Below are positions 19,519 to 29,248 of a DNA stretch of 64,000 bases, in pieces. Both the position numbers and the translations under genes were made by a program. The notes under the pieces are model-generated. The model had not been told where the DNA came from. It made no database searches and was given only the letters and a program-made list of their open reading frames with translations. The DNA comes from an uncultured Gemmatimonadales bacterium (GTDB lineage Bacteria > Gemmatimonadota > Gemmatimonadetes > Longimicrobiales > RSA9): contig OY970192.1 in assembly GCA_963708135.1 (NCBI GenBank), positions 4,128,001 through 4,192,000 on the forward strand. Reading direction: 5' to 3'. Within the stretch, counting starts at the first letter, position 1. Each line of letters begins with the position of its first letter.

Positions 19519-20934
19519 TCATCCCAGCAGCTCCCGGCGCACCCCGTCCACCTTCTCGCGGAAGCGGGGATCGGCGGCCATGTCCTCCTCCACCTTCTGG
19601 ACCGAGTGGATCACCGTCGAATGGTCGCGGCCGCCGAACAGCCTGCCGATCTCGACCAGCGGCAGGTCGAGCATCTCGCGGATCAGGTACATGGACACCT
19701 GCCGCGGCACCGTCAGCTCCTTCGTTCGCTTCTTCGAGACGAGGCCCTCTACCGCCACCTTCCACCGCTCTGCGACGCGCGCGCGAATCCCCTCCCCGGT
19801 CAGCTCGGCCGCGGCGCCGCCGCCACTCAGCACCTGGCCGAGAGCGTCGCGCGCCAGCTCGATCGTGATCTCGCGCCGGGTCAGCGAGGAGTAGGCGAGC
19901 AGCTTGATGATCGCCCCCTCCAGCTCGCGCACGTTCGACCGGCAGTTGCGCGCGATGAACTGCAGCACCTCATCCGCCAGCACCAGCTGGTCCTCCTCCG
20001 CCTTCTTGCGGAGGATCGCCTCGCGCGTCTCGAGGTCCGGCGGCTTGATATCGGTGACGAGACCCCACTCGAAGCGCGAGACCAGGCGCTCCTCCAGGCC
20101 AGGGATCTCCTTCGGCGGCCGGTCGCTCGTCAGCACGATCTGGCGCTGCGCATCGTGCAGCGCGTTGAACGTGTGGAAGAACTCCTCCTGCGTGCGCTCC
20201 TTCTCGCCCAGGAAGTGGATGTCGTCGATCAGCAGCAGGTCGATCTCCCGGTAGCGACGCCGGAAATCCGCCGTCGTCCCCTCCTGGATCGCCGAGATCA
20301 TGTCGTTCGTGAACCGCTCGCTCGAGACGTACGCTACCCGCTTCGACGGATCGCGCCGCAGGATGTCGTGGCCGATCGCGTGCATGAGGTGCGTCTTCCC
20401 CAGCCCCACGCCGCCGTAGATGAAGAGCGGGTTGTACATCCGTGCCGGCGCATCCGCCACCGCCCGGCAGGCGGCCGCCGAGAGCTGGTTGTTGCTCCCC
20501 ACCACGAAGCGCTCGAAGCTGTAGCGCTCGTTCAGTGGCGAGCCGATCACCGTGCGCGCCGGGCGCAGTCCCGTGGCCGCTGGCCTCGCCGCCGCCGTTG
20601 CCGCTTCGGCCGCCATCGGCGCGTGCTCGCCGGCATATCCGGTCGGCCGCTCGCCTGGAAGCGGCCGCCGCGCCGCCGCCTCCCGCGGCCGGTGCTGGAA
20701 CGACAGCATGAGCCGCCTGCCGAGGACCTGCTCCGCCAGCTCCGTCAACAGCCTGCCGTACTTGTCCTCGATCCACTCCGCCGCGAACTCGCTGTGCACC
20801 GCCACGGCCAGCAGGTCCTGCGAGAGCGCCACCGGCTCCGAGTTGCCGAGGAACGTGCGGAAGCTCTGGTCCGGCAGCGTCGTGCGAGCACGCTCCAGAA
20901 TGCGGGACCAGGCTTCTTCGGCGGTGAACTCCAT
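19519..20934 (-). CDS. dnaA: Chromosomal replication initiator
   Basis: [45 protein letters not shown]. Confidence 0.98.
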   Translation of the reverse strand: MEFTAEEAWSRILERARTTLPDQSFRTFLGNSEPVALSQDLLAVAVHSEFAAEWIEDKYGRLLTELAEQVLGRRLMLSFQHRPREAAARRPLPGERPTGYAGEHAPMAAEAATAAARPAATGLRPARTVIGSPLNERYSFERFVVGSNNQLSAAACRAVADAPARMYNPLFIYGGVGLGKTHLMHAIGHDILRRDPSKRVAYVSSERFTNDMISAIQEGTTADFRRRYREIDLLLIDDIHFLGEKERTQEEFFHTFNALHDAQRQIVLTSDRPPKEIPGLEERLVSRFEWGLVTDIKPPDLETREAILRKKAEEDQLVLADEVLQFIARNCRSNVRELEGAIIKLLAYSSLTRREITIELARDALGQVLSGGGAAAELTGEGIRARVAERWKVAVEGLVSKKRTKELTVPRQVSMYLIREMLDLPLVEIGRLFGGRDHSTVIHSVQKVEEDMAADPRFREKVDGVRRELLG

Positions 20935-20985
20935 TGGCGTCTTCGAATCAGGAGGCCGGGTGGGCTGTGCAATGGCGCGGGGCGG

Positions 20986-21014
20986 AAGCTAGAGATCGGA
21001 TGTGGATAAGTCAA
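20986..21014 (-). promoter_or_regulatory. dnaA promoter containing a perfect DnaA box
   Basis: Minus strand TTGACT-17-TAGCTT; TTATCCACA at 21001-21009 overlaps the -35 element and spacer. Confidence 0.7.
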
Positions 21015-21072
21015 CGCCGCCCGGATGCGATCTGCACGCCGGCGGGCGCGCGTCCGGGCGGGTGGCGCGTGC

Positions 21073-21102
21073 TTGACCAGGAGACGCAAAACGGGTTATA
21101 GT
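21073..21102 (+). promoter_or_regulatory. rpmH operon sigma70 promoter
   Basis: TTGACC-18-TATAGT. Confidence 0.7.
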
Positions 21103-21144
21103 GTAAGGCTCTGGAACACCGGCAAACGATCCCTGGAGTGACTC

Positions 21145-21297
21145 ATGGGCCAGCCCACCTACCGGCCGCACAACCGCAAGCGCAAGAACAAGCACGGGTT
21201 CCGCGCGCGCATGAGCACGCGTGGCGGACGCGACGTGCTGAACCGGCGGCGCAAGAAGGGGCGGAAGCGGCTCGTCGTCACGATCGGGACGAAGTAG
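21145..21297 (+). CDS. rpmH: 50S ribosomal protein L34 (below the ORF-track size cut-off)
   Basis: [43 protein letters not shown]; divergent from dnaA. Confidence 0.96.
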   Translation: MGQPTYRPHNRKRKNKHGFRARMSTRGGRDVLNRRRKKGRKRLVVTIGTK

Positions 21298-21311
21298 CCG
21301 GCGCGAGGCGT

Positions 21312-21701
21312 GTGCCGGCGCCGGGGGAGAGCGCGGGGGAGGCGCGGCGCCTGCCCAGGGCGCGCAGGATCACCCGGAGCCGAGAGATCCGCACCCTCTT
21401 TCAACGGGGGAGGAGGAGCAGGACGGCCCACCTGGACGTCTTCGACTCCGCTTCCCCCGTGGCGCATCCGCGGGTGGGGGTTGTGGTAGGCAAGCACCGG
21501 CACGGCTCGGTCGAGCGAAACCGCGTGAAGCGGCGGCTGCGCGAGGCGCTCCGGAACGAGGTGCTGCCGCGGCTCGGAGACGCCGGGCTCGTGCTGGACG
21601 TGCTGGTGCGGGCGCGGCGCGAGGCGTACGATGCGGGGTACGCGGAACTGAGGGACGAGCTGACGGCGTGGGTGGAGGGGCGATGCTCGCGCGTCTCATG
21701 A
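21312..21701 (+). CDS. rnpA: Ribonuclease P protein component (start approximate)
   Basis: [22 protein letters not shown] (RNR motif); synteny. Confidence 0.92.
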   Translation: MPAPGESAGEARRLPRARRITRSREIRTLFQRGRRSRTAHLDVFDSASPVAHPRVGVVVGKHRHGSVERNRVKRRLREALRNEVLPRLGDAGLVLDVLVRARREAYDAGYAELRDELTAWVEGRCSRVS

Positions 21702-21895
21702 TCGGCATGCTGCGAGGCTACAAGCGCTGGATCTCGCCCGCGCTTCCGCCGTCGTGCCGCTATACGCCGACCTGCTCGGAGTACGCCATGGAGGCCATCG
21801 AGAGGCACGGGGCGGCCCGCGGTGCCTGGCTCGGCTTCCGTCGCCTCATGCGCTGTCACCCGTGGGGTGGCAAGGGCTACGACCCGGTTCCGTAG
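21683..21895 (+). CDS. yidD: Membrane protein insertion efficiency factor
   Basis: [17 protein letters not shown]...RCHPWG.GYDPVP. Confidence 0.95.
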   Translation: MLARLMIGMLRGYKRWISPALPPSCRYTPTCSEYAMEAIERHGAARGAWLGFRRLMRCHPWGGKGYDPVP

Positions 21896-21955
21896 CGGAC
21901 GGAGCGGCACCCGCGGGCGCCGACGCATCCACTCAGCGCGGACGGACTGCAGTCG

Positions 21956-23695
21956 ATGGACAGCGCACGATTCATCCTGGCGATCGTCCTCATGATCGCC
22001 GTGATCTTCTTGACGAACCTGCTCTTCCCGCCGCCGAAGCGGCCGGCGAAGGGGCCGGCGGAGGCCACGGCCCCGTCCGCCGTGCCGGCGGGATCCGTCG
22101 CCGCCACCGCCTCCCGGGCCACGGCGCCGCCGCCCGCGCCGCCCGCGCCGCAGGAGAGCACCGCCACCGCCGCGCCGGCATCGACGCCCGCGGCCCCTGC
22201 GGCGCAGCCGGTGCTCAGGGCAGCGCCGGCGGTCATCGTCGAATCCCCGCTCTACCGCTACGCCATCAGCCGCCTCGGCGGGGCCATCACCTCGGCCGAG
22301 CTGCTGGAGTACAAGTCCTTCACGCGCGAGGGGCCGGTCCAGCTGGTGGCGGATGACATGGGCCCGCTCGTGAGCTACAGGGTGCGGGTCGGCACGCGCG
22401 TGGTCGATCTCCGGAACGCGGATTTCCAGGTGCAGGGCCGCAACCCGGCGGCGGATTCGCCGGCGGTGTCGCCTCTGACGCTGGAGGTGGCGGGCGGCCA
22501 GGCGCCGGTGACCGTTCGGATGGTGCACCGCGACACGGCGTATTCCGCGGAGCTCGACTACACCTTCGCCCCGGACCGCTACCTGGTGCAGGTGCGGGGA
22601 CGGATCCAGGTAGCGGGGGAGAGCGGCCCCGAGGTGCTGATAGATCTCGGACCCACCCTGGCCACCAACGAGGCGGAGCCGGCCGAGGACTACCGGAGCC
22701 TGGCCTACGTCGTGGACAACACGCTCAACGGGATCGACAGCCGGTCGCTCGACAAGGTGAAGGAGCAGCAGATCGAGGAAGGCCCGCTTGCCTGGGTGGC
22801 CGTCAAGAACAAGTACTTCCTGCTCGCTGCGCTGGCGCCGTCCGACTCAGCGAGCCACGCCTTCGGCGGACTCATCGCGCGCCCTTTCGGCGCGCCGCAC
22901 GCGGCGCTCCTCACGGCGACGATCCCCGCTTCGGCCGGCGGCGGCTTCGCGTACGACCTGTACATGGGCCCCCAGGAGTACAACCGGCTGGCCGCGATCG
23001 ACCGCGACATCCAGGACGTCAACCCGTACGGCTGGCGCTTCCTGCGCCCCGTGATCCGGCCGCTCGCGCACGTCATCACCTGGGCGGTGCTCGCGATGCA
23101 CCGCATTCTCGCCGTCGGCTACGGCTGGATCCTGATCCTGTTCGGGGTCCTCGTGCGCCTGCTGCTCTGGCCGCTGAATGCGAAGGCGATGCGCTCCCAG
23201 CTCAAGAACATGGAGCTGCAGCCGCGGATCAAGGAGATCCAGGAGAAGTACAAGAACGAGCCCGAGAAGCTGCAGAAGGAGATGCTCCGGCTCTACAAGG
23301 AAGAGGGCTTCAACCCCCTCGGCGGCTGCCTGCCGATGCTGATCCCCTTCCCGGTGCTCATCACGCTGTACTACGTCTTCCAGGCGACAATCGAGTTCCG
23401 CGGGGTCCCGTTCCTGTGGCTGCCCGACCTCGCGCGCGCCGACCCGCTCTACATCCTGCCGATCCTGCTCGGCGTCAGCATGTTCGCGCTGCAGTGGCTG
23501 GGGACGCGCACGACGCAGCAGTCGAACCCGCAGATGAAGATGATGATGTACTTCATGCCCATCTTCATGACCGTCATCTTCCTCAAGCTGGCCTCGGGAT
23601 TGAACCTCTACTACGCGGCCTCCAACATCGCGTCCATCCCGCAGCAGATCCAGATCGTGCGCGAGAGGGCGGCCATCCAGAACCGGCGCACCTGA
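21956..23695 (+). CDS. yidC: Membrane protein insertase
   Basis: KNKYF, YMGPQ, NPLGGCLPML, FLWLPDL, SGLNLYY. Confidence 0.96.
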   Translation: MDSARFILAIVLMIAVIFLTNLLFPPPKRPAKGPAEATAPSAVPAGSVAATASRATAPPPAPPAPQESTATAAPASTPAAPAAQPVLRAAPAVIVESPLYRYAISRLGGAITSAELLEYKSFTREGPVQLVADDMGPLVSYRVRVGTRVVDLRNADFQVQGRNPAADSPAVSPLTLEVAGGQAPVTVRMVHRDTAYSAELDYTFAPDRYLVQVRGRIQVAGESGPEVLIDLGPTLATNEAEPAEDYRSLAYVVDNTLNGIDSRSLDKVKEQQIEEGPLAWVAVKNKYFLLAALAPSDSASHAFGGLIARPFGAPHAALLTATIPASAGGGFAYDLYMGPQEYNRLAAIDRDIQDVNPYGWRFLRPVIRPLAHVITWAVLAMHRILAVGYGWILILFGVLVRLLLWPLNAKAMRSQLKNMELQPRIKEIQEKYKNEPEKLQKEMLRLYKEEGFNPLGGCLPMLIPFPVLITLYYVFQATIEFRGVPFLWLPDLARADPLYILPILLGVSMFALQWLGTRTTQQSNPQMKMMMYFMPIFMTVIFLKLASGLNLYYAASNIASIPQQIQIVRERAAIQNRRT

Positions 23696-23723
23696 GCCGC
23701 AGGGGGTCCGGCCTTCTTCTAGA

Positions 23724-23993
23724 CTAGCCCACGATCCGGAACGGCCACGGTAGGTCGCCCCCGGAGGCCGGGACCTCCTCCACCCGCACGACGGCTGCGG
23801 CCGGCGGGCCGGCCCGGAGCCGCTCGCGCAGCTCCGCGATCGCTTCGTCGCTCCCACCCACCTCCAGCTCCACGCTGCCATCGGCGGCGTTCCGCACGGT
23901 GCCGGAAAGGCGCAGCTCCCGCGCCTGCTGGCTCGCCCACCATCGGAAGCCCACTCCCTGCACGCGCCCCGTCACCCGGAACCTCTGCCGCAC
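23724..23993 (-). CDS. acyP: Acylphosphatase (start approximate)
   Basis: VTGRVQGVGFR, GTVRN..DGSVE. Confidence 0.9.
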   Translation of the reverse strand: MRQRFRVTGRVQGVGFRWWASQQARELRLSGTVRNAADGSVELEVGGSDEAIAELRERLRAGPPAAAVVRVEEVPASGGDLPWPFRIVG

Positions 23994-24069
23994 CGCTCCC
24001 CCTTGCGGCGCCCGCTCACCGCGGATCGCGCCGGCACGGCCGGAGCTCTCGCGGCGCGCGGGCACCGGA

Positions 24070-24558
24070 TCAGGCCGTCAGCTCGCGCCGGAAGTCACGC
24101 ACCTCGCGTTTCGCCCAGCGCGAGTCGGCTCGCAGCGTTCGGATCGTGGACTCCGGGCGCAATGCGTTGCGCTTCAGGTCCTTCGCCGCCGCGAGCGCCA
24201 GGAAGCCGCCGCACAGCGTGAGGAGTGCCCCGATGATGAGCGCGCTGAGCCAGTAGTTGTCGCCGAGCAGCTCGCCGAAGATGATGATCGCGAATGTCGT
24301 GAGCGCCAGCCCGCCAACGGCGAGAAGGCTCACTGCAATGGCGAGTTTCACGACGTCCGTGACGGCCGCGCCCGCCATCTCCCGCACCTCGAGCTTCGCC
24401 AGCGCGACCTCCTGCCGCAACAGGCGCGTGCTCTGCTCTCCCAGGTCGCGGATCAGGTCCGCGATCGTCTCGCCCGCGCGGTCGCGTCCGCTCGGGGCCG
24501 CGCGCCCGTCCCCGGCCGCTCCGGCCGAGGCAGTGGATGTGCTCGTTTCCGTGGCCAT
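24070..24558 (-). CDS. YhjD/holin-like two-TM membrane protein
   Basis: IADLIRDL...LLRQEVALAKLEV, two TM segments, PESTIRTLR. Confidence 0.8.
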   Translation of the reverse strand: MATETSTSTASAGAAGDGRAAPSGRDRAGETIADLIRDLGEQSTRLLRQEVALAKLEVREMAGAAVTDVVKLAIAVSLLAVGGLALTTFAIIIFGELLGDNYWLSALIIGALLTLCGGFLALAAAKDLKRNALRPESTIRTLRADSRWAKREVRDFRRELTA

Positions 24559-24769
24559 GGTCCTCCGGCTCCGTCGATTCAGGGGCGGCGCCTCGCGCCC
24601 TGTGCGCCGCGGTCGCGGTCGGGCGGAACGCCGGGGGAGAGGGGTGCAACGCGTGTGCCGGGAGCGCGGCTGCACCTCCTCAGTCGCGCGCGGTTCCGTG
24701 GCCGCGGGGTCGGACCGGGCGGTTTGCGGTGGGGGGGCAGCTGGCGGTAACCCGAATAAAACCCGAATA

Positions 24770-24785
24770 TGTTTCACGTGGAACG
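24770..24785. promoter_or_regulatory. parS: parS site (near consensus)
   Basis: TGTTTCACGTGGAACG. Confidence 0.85.
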
Positions 24786-24891
24786 CGTCCCCGGCGCGCC
24801 TGGCTTGCCGCGAGAGGAAAGGGCCGGAGAAGCGCCCGGGGCATTCCCTCGGCGCCCGCGCCTCCGGGCGGGGGAGGCGAGAGGCGGGGGA

Positions 24892-25017
24892 GGCGAGAGG
24901 CGAGAGGCGAGAGGCGAGAGGCGAGAGGCGAGAGGCGAGGGGCGAGGGGCGAGGGGCGAGGGGCGAGGGGCGAGGGGCGAGGGGCGAGGGGCGAGGGGCG
25001 AGGGGCGAGGGGCGAGG
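24892..25017 (+). repeat. Heptamer tandem repeat: 6 x GGCGAGA followed by 12 x GGCGAGG
   Basis: Counted directly from the sequence. Confidence 0.95.
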
Positions 25018-25382
25018 AGAGCGCGGCGGAGGGCGCACCGACAGCCAGCCCGCGGGTGTAGGGACCAGTGGAGGCGGAGCACCCGGGCCCACGGGTCGGG
25101 CTGCTGCCGGCAAAGATGCGGACAGGGGAGCGGACGGCGCGGAGGGAATTGAGTGCGAGGCGGACGCGGCGGAGGTCGCGCTATCCGCGGTCGGCAGCCC
25201 GTGCTTCCGATGTTCGCGGTTCGCGCGCGGAAGGAAGGCCGCCGGCGCGGCGAGGATCGACCCGCCCTGTCACTCCCGCACCCGCCGCTGGCGCCTGCGT
25301 CTGGCATTTCCGCATGGGCGCCGCCGCCCCTCCCTTGCGCCGGGGCCGTGCTTCCTGCGCCGCAGGGCAGAGCGGCGGCATC

Positions 25383-25398
25383 TGTTTCACGTGAAACA
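25383..25398. promoter_or_regulatory. parS: parS site (perfect palindrome)
   Basis: TGTTTCACGTGAAACA, the canonical bacterial parS. Confidence 0.95.
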
Positions 25399-25411
25399 CG
25401 TCGCGTCGCTC

Positions 25412-25897
25412 TCAGCGCTTCTCGAGCGCCGCCGTCACCGTTGCCGGCACCGTCGTGCCGTGGAACGACCACGCGGACTCCTCCCGGAACGAGAGGCGCA
25501 GCAGGCTGCCGTCCAGAACGTAGCCCACCGTGTCCGCGGCCCCTCCGCCGGAAATGATCAGGTTGCCGCTCTCGGCGCGCGCCGTGCCCGCGACGGTCGT
25601 GTCGTTCACCGGGCTGAGCAGTTGCAGCTGCGCCGCCCCGTTTCCTGACAGGGTGAGGTACACGGAGGCAAGGCCCTGCGCGACCAGGTTGATCGTGTCG
25701 GCGGCGTTCGAGGTCGAGTGCAGCGTCAGGCCGCAGCCGTCCGCCACACAGTTGCCATCCGCCGCCCAGGAGCCGACCAGCTCCGCCGGCACCCCCGAGG
25801 TCGGGCCCGTCCCATCGCCGCCTCCGCAGGCGGCGAGGAGCAGGGCGCCGAGGCAGCCGGCGACGGCGGACACGGAGAAGCGAACGGCAAAGCGCAT
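25412..25897 (-). CDS. Hypothetical lipoprotein
   Basis: Signal peptide with lipobox LLLAAC; AGGAG RBS; beta-rich mature region. Confidence 0.7.
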   Translation of the reverse strand: MRFAVRFSVSAVAGCLGALLLAACGGGDGTGPTSGVPAELVGSWAADGNCVADGCGLTLHSTSNAADTINLVAQGLASVYLTLSGNGAAQLQLLSPVNDTTVAGTARAESGNLIISGGGAADTVGYVLDGSLLRLSFREESAWSFHGTTVPATVTAALEKR

Positions 25898-26192
25898 GGC
25901 GGCTCCTGAAAGAGGTGGACGTCACAATCTCCGCGTCCACGGCGGCAGGGTCAAGGCGCCACTCGCCCCATCCCGCTATCGCGGCGCCCCCGCCGGGCGC
26001 GCACGAACGCGCCTGCCCGTCACGCGCCGCGTGGACCCAATTGGCGAACCCGCTCGAGGTCAGGGCGGCAAACCTGGTCAGGGAGGCCACCGTCGAATGC
26101 GGTCGCGCGCGCGAGGGCACGGCCGGGACGTTTTGCGAGCGGCAAGCCGCGGAGGCCGAGGTCGCGCGGGCGGTCGTTGCGGCCGCGCGTTC

Positions 26193-26221
26193 TTTACCGG
26201 CCCCTCCAGCGGGGATATATT
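26193..26221 (+). promoter_or_regulatory. parA promoter
   Basis: TTTACC-17-TATATT. Confidence 0.55.
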
Positions 26222-26259
26222 GGGCCTCCCGCGACGGTCTCACTGAAGCGCCGAGGCGC

Positions 26260-27085
26260 ATGTCCCGCATCATCGCGATCGCGAACCAGAAGGGCGGAGT
26301 GGGCAAGACCACGACCGCGATCAACCTCGGCGCCTGCCTGGCGGTCGCCGAGAAGCGTACGCTCCTGATCGACATGGACCCGCAGGGGAACGCCACCAGC
26401 GGGGTCGGCGTGGACAAGGCTTCGGTCGCCCGGACGGTCTACGATGTCCTGGTTGACGGGGCACCGCTCGATTCGGCCATCGTGTCGGAGGTCCATTTCC
26501 CGTACCTGGACGTGGTGCCCTCGAGCCAGGACCTGGTGGGCGCGGAGGTCGAGCTCGTGGACCGGCCGGAACGCGAGATGATGCTGAGGCGGGCCCTGCG
26601 GTCGGTTCGGGACCAGTACGACTTCGTACTCGTGGACTGTCCCCCTTCGCTGGGGCTGCTGACGCTCAACACGCTGTCGGCCGCGGACGCGGTGCTGATC
26701 CCGATCCAGTGCGAGTTCTACGCGCTCGAGGGGCTGTCACAGCTTCTGAACACGGTGCGGCTGGTCCAGCGTAACCTCAATCCTCGCTTACAGATAGACG
26801 GTGTTCTGCTGACCATGTACGATCAGCGCCTGAATCTGTCGAAGCAGGTGGCGGACGAGGCGAAGGAGTACTTCGGCAGTCGGGTCTACCGGACGGCGAT
26901 CCCGCGAAACGTGAGGCTGGCGGAGGCGCCGAGCTTCGGGAAGCCGATCGTCCTGTACGACATTCTGTTCAACGGGGGCGCAGAGCTACCTCGCCCTGGC
27001 GCGAGAGGTGATCGCGCGGGGCAAGGCACCGCAGGTGAACCCCGCGTCCGGGCACGACGGCGACCGTCGTGCGACGGCGGACTGA
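26260..27085 (+). CDS. parA: Chromosome partitioning ATPase ParA/Soj with an apparent extra base at ~26968-26978
   Basis: [35 protein letters not shown]; removing one base restores [13 protein letters not shown] and a stop just before parB. Confidence 0.92.
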
Positions 27086-27089
27086 ATCA

Positions 27090-27983
27090 ATGGCGCGGCG
27101 AGACCGGCTCGGGAAGGGGCTCGGCGCCCTGCTGGGGGAATACCTCGGCGAGGACGGCCCGGGAGAGGCGGGCTCCTCGCGAAAGATCGCGGTGTCCGCG
27201 ATCGCGCCGAACCCGTTCCAGCCGCGGCGCGAGTTCTCGGACGAGGAGTTGTCGGAGCTGGCGGCGTCGATCCGGGAGAACGGGCTGCTGCAGCCGATCG
27301 TGGTGCGTCCTGCGCCGGAGGGGACGGGGAGCGAATGGGAGCTGGTGGCGGGAGAGCGGCGCTGGCGCGCCGTGACGCGGCTGGGCTGGCGAGAGGTTCC
27401 GGCGATCACGCGAGAGGTGGACGACCGGACGCTCCTGGTGCTCGCGCTGGTGGAGAACCTGCAGCGCTCGGGGCTGAACGCACTGGAGGAGGCCGAGGGC
27501 TACCAACGTCTACAGGAGGAGTTCAAGCTGTCGCACCAGAGCATCGCCGAGGCGGTCGGGAAGGACCGCTCGACGGTGACGAACACGCTGCGCCTGCTGC
27601 AGCTTCCGTCCTCCGTCCGCCGCCTGGTGGCGGCGGGGCGGCTCAGCGCGGGGCACGCGCGTGCGCTGCTGGGGGCGGGGAACGAGCATCGCATGGCGGA
27701 TCTGGCCCGGAAGGCGGCGGAGGAGGGGTGGAGCGTCCGCGACATGGAAGCGCGCGTGCAGGGCGCCCGTCCGGCCGCCCGGGGTCGGCGTGCCGCGCGG
27801 CCGCGGCCGGCGGCGGAGCAGCAGCTGGAGGATGAGCTCCAGCGCAGGCTAGGCACGCCTGCGCGGATCCGGCCAAGCAGGGGCGGCAAGGGTCGAATCG
27901 AGATTCCGTACTACAGCGCGGATGATTTCGAGCGGCTGTTCGAGCTGCTGGTCGGGAAGGCCGCCACCGACGTGGTTTCCTGA
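27090..27983 (+). CDS. parB: Chromosome partitioning protein ParB/Spo0J
   Basis: [31 protein letters not shown] region, [10 protein letters not shown]. Confidence 0.96.
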   Translation: MARRDRLGKGLGALLGEYLGEDGPGEAGSSRKIAVSAIAPNPFQPRREFSDEELSELAASIRENGLLQPIVVRPAPEGTGSEWELVAGERRWRAVTRLGWREVPAITREVDDRTLLVLALVENLQRSGLNALEEAEGYQRLQEEFKLSHQSIAEAVGKDRSTVTNTLRLLQLPSSVRRLVAAGRLSAGHARALLGAGNEHRMADLARKAAEEGWSVRDMEARVQGARPAARGRRAARPRPAAEQQLEDELQRRLGTPARIRPSRGGKGRIEIPYYSADDFERLFELLVGKAATDVVS

Positions 27984-27995
27984 AGCGGGCGGGGC

Positions 27996-28460
27996 ATGGA
28001 CGACCGGAAGCTCACGTTTATCGTCGTGCCGCACGGGGACCTCGAGACCCGCACGTTCGGCATCAGCTATGGCAAGCTGAAGATGCTGCTGGGGGCGGGC
28101 GTGCTGGTGCTCGTGCTCTTCGTCGTCATGGTCTCGTCCTGGTGGTACGTGGCCGCGCAGGCGTCGCGAGTAGCGGGCCTGGAGCGGGAGGTGCACCGGC
28201 TCGAGCTCGAGCGCGCCCGGGTGGCCGAGCTGGCCAGGACGCTCGAGCAGGTGCAGGCGCAGTACCAGAAGGTCCGCCAGCTGCTCGGCGCCGATTCGAC
28301 CGCCCGACAGGGTCAGACGATCCTGCCCCCGCTCGACCGGGCGCCGGCAGACAGCCCGGCAGCCGCCCCGTCCGCGCGCGGGTCCACCTCCGCCGCTCCC
28401 ATTCGTCCCGAGGCGAGCGCGGCTCGCCGGGTGGCGCACGGGGCGAAGGGCAGCTCGTAG
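27996..28460 (+). CDS. Hypothetical single-TM coiled-coil protein resembling the N-terminal half of bactofilin-associated M23 peptidases
   Basis: TFIVVPH N-terminus, TM segment, coiled coil, low-complexity tail; no M23 metal motifs. Confidence 0.65.
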   Translation: MDDRKLTFIVVPHGDLETRTFGISYGKLKMLLGAGVLVLVLFVVMVSSWWYVAAQASRVAGLEREVHRLELERARVAELARTLEQVQAQYQKVRQLLGADSTARQGQTILPPLDRAPADSPAAAPSARGSTSAAPIRPEASAARRVAHGAKGSS

Positions 28461-28521
28461 CCGCGGCGGGCGCCGGCCGGCCGCCGGGGGCCGGCGTTGC
28501 CATCGCAAAGGAGAAACCCAC

Positions 28522-28998
28522 ATGGCCAGAGACAAGCAGACGGCGGAGGCGCCGCGCGAAGCGGCGATCTCGATCATAGGACCCGGTATGCGTGTCATCG
28601 GCGACTGTGAGACCGAGGGCACGCTCCGCATCGAGGGCACCGTCGAAGGGAAGGTCCGCGCCGGGAAGGCCGTCGTGATCGGGAAGGATGGCGTCGTCGA
28701 GGGCGACGTCTTCACCCAGGATGCCGTCGTCGGAGGACGCGTCAACGGCACCATCCTGGCCGAAAGCCGGCTCGAGCTGCAGGCAACCTGCCTCATCGAG
28801 GGGGAAGTTCGCGCCCGAAGGATCAAGCTCGATGAGGGCGGCCGGGTCAACGGACAGATCCAGACCGGCAATGTGCAGGTGCCGCCTGCGACCGCGCCCC
28901 GGCTCGAGCCCGGCGGACCCCGGCCCGCGCGCGGAGGGCAGGCGCTGCCGGAACACGGCCCGCCCACACACGCGGCGCCGGCCGGGCCGGCCGCCTGA
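28522..28998 (+). CDS. Bactofilin (polymer-forming cytoskeletal protein)
   Basis: SIIGPGMRVIGD...LRIEGTVEG...G.VEGDV beta-helix repeats; AAGGAG RBS. Confidence 0.92.
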   Translation: MARDKQTAEAPREAAISIIGPGMRVIGDCETEGTLRIEGTVEGKVRAGKAVVIGKDGVVEGDVFTQDAVVGGRVNGTILAESRLELQATCLIEGEVRARRIKLDEGGRVNGQIQTGNVQVPPATAPRLEPGGPRPARGGQALPEHGPPTHAAPAGPAA

Positions 28999-29096
28999 GC
29001 CAGGGTTCGGCGCGTGCGCAGGGGCTCCCCCTTACCGTCTGCGAACTCTGCTTCCGTGCGGGGTTTCGCGCCCGAATACGTCGGCACCGAGAGGGA

Positions 29097-29205
29097 TTGT
29101 CCACATATCGTGGAAACGTCGCAACTCCTTGTGCGGCAATAGCTTGAATCATTAACGCCATTTTTTCACATCTGGCTGTGGATAACATCCCCCGCCTTTT
29201 CCACA
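29097..29205. promoter_or_regulatory. Remote DnaA-box cluster 1
   Basis: TTGTCCACA 29097, TTTTTCACA 29162, TGTGGATAA 29177, TTTTCCACA 29197 in an AT-rich intergenic patch. Confidence 0.75.
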
Positions 29206-29248
29206 TCACCTGGACCGCCCGTGCGGGCGCCAGAACGGGGCCGCCGGA

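Noticed and set aside
24070..24558. Prophage, suggested by the holin-like protein
   Set aside because: The family is common in non-phage contexts; no phage or integrase genes nearby
24892..25017. Possible CRISPR array
   Set aside because: Contiguous 7-mers without unique spacers; no cas genes
24559..25113. N-terminal PRPSPLA-repeat extension of the holin-like ORF, and other ORFs crossing the heptamer repeat
   Set aside because: Translation artefact of a stop-free tandem repeat; the RBS-supported start is at 24558
26260..27983. Programmed ParA-ParB fusion
   Set aside because: Neither the uncorrected nor the corrected parA frame is continuous with parB
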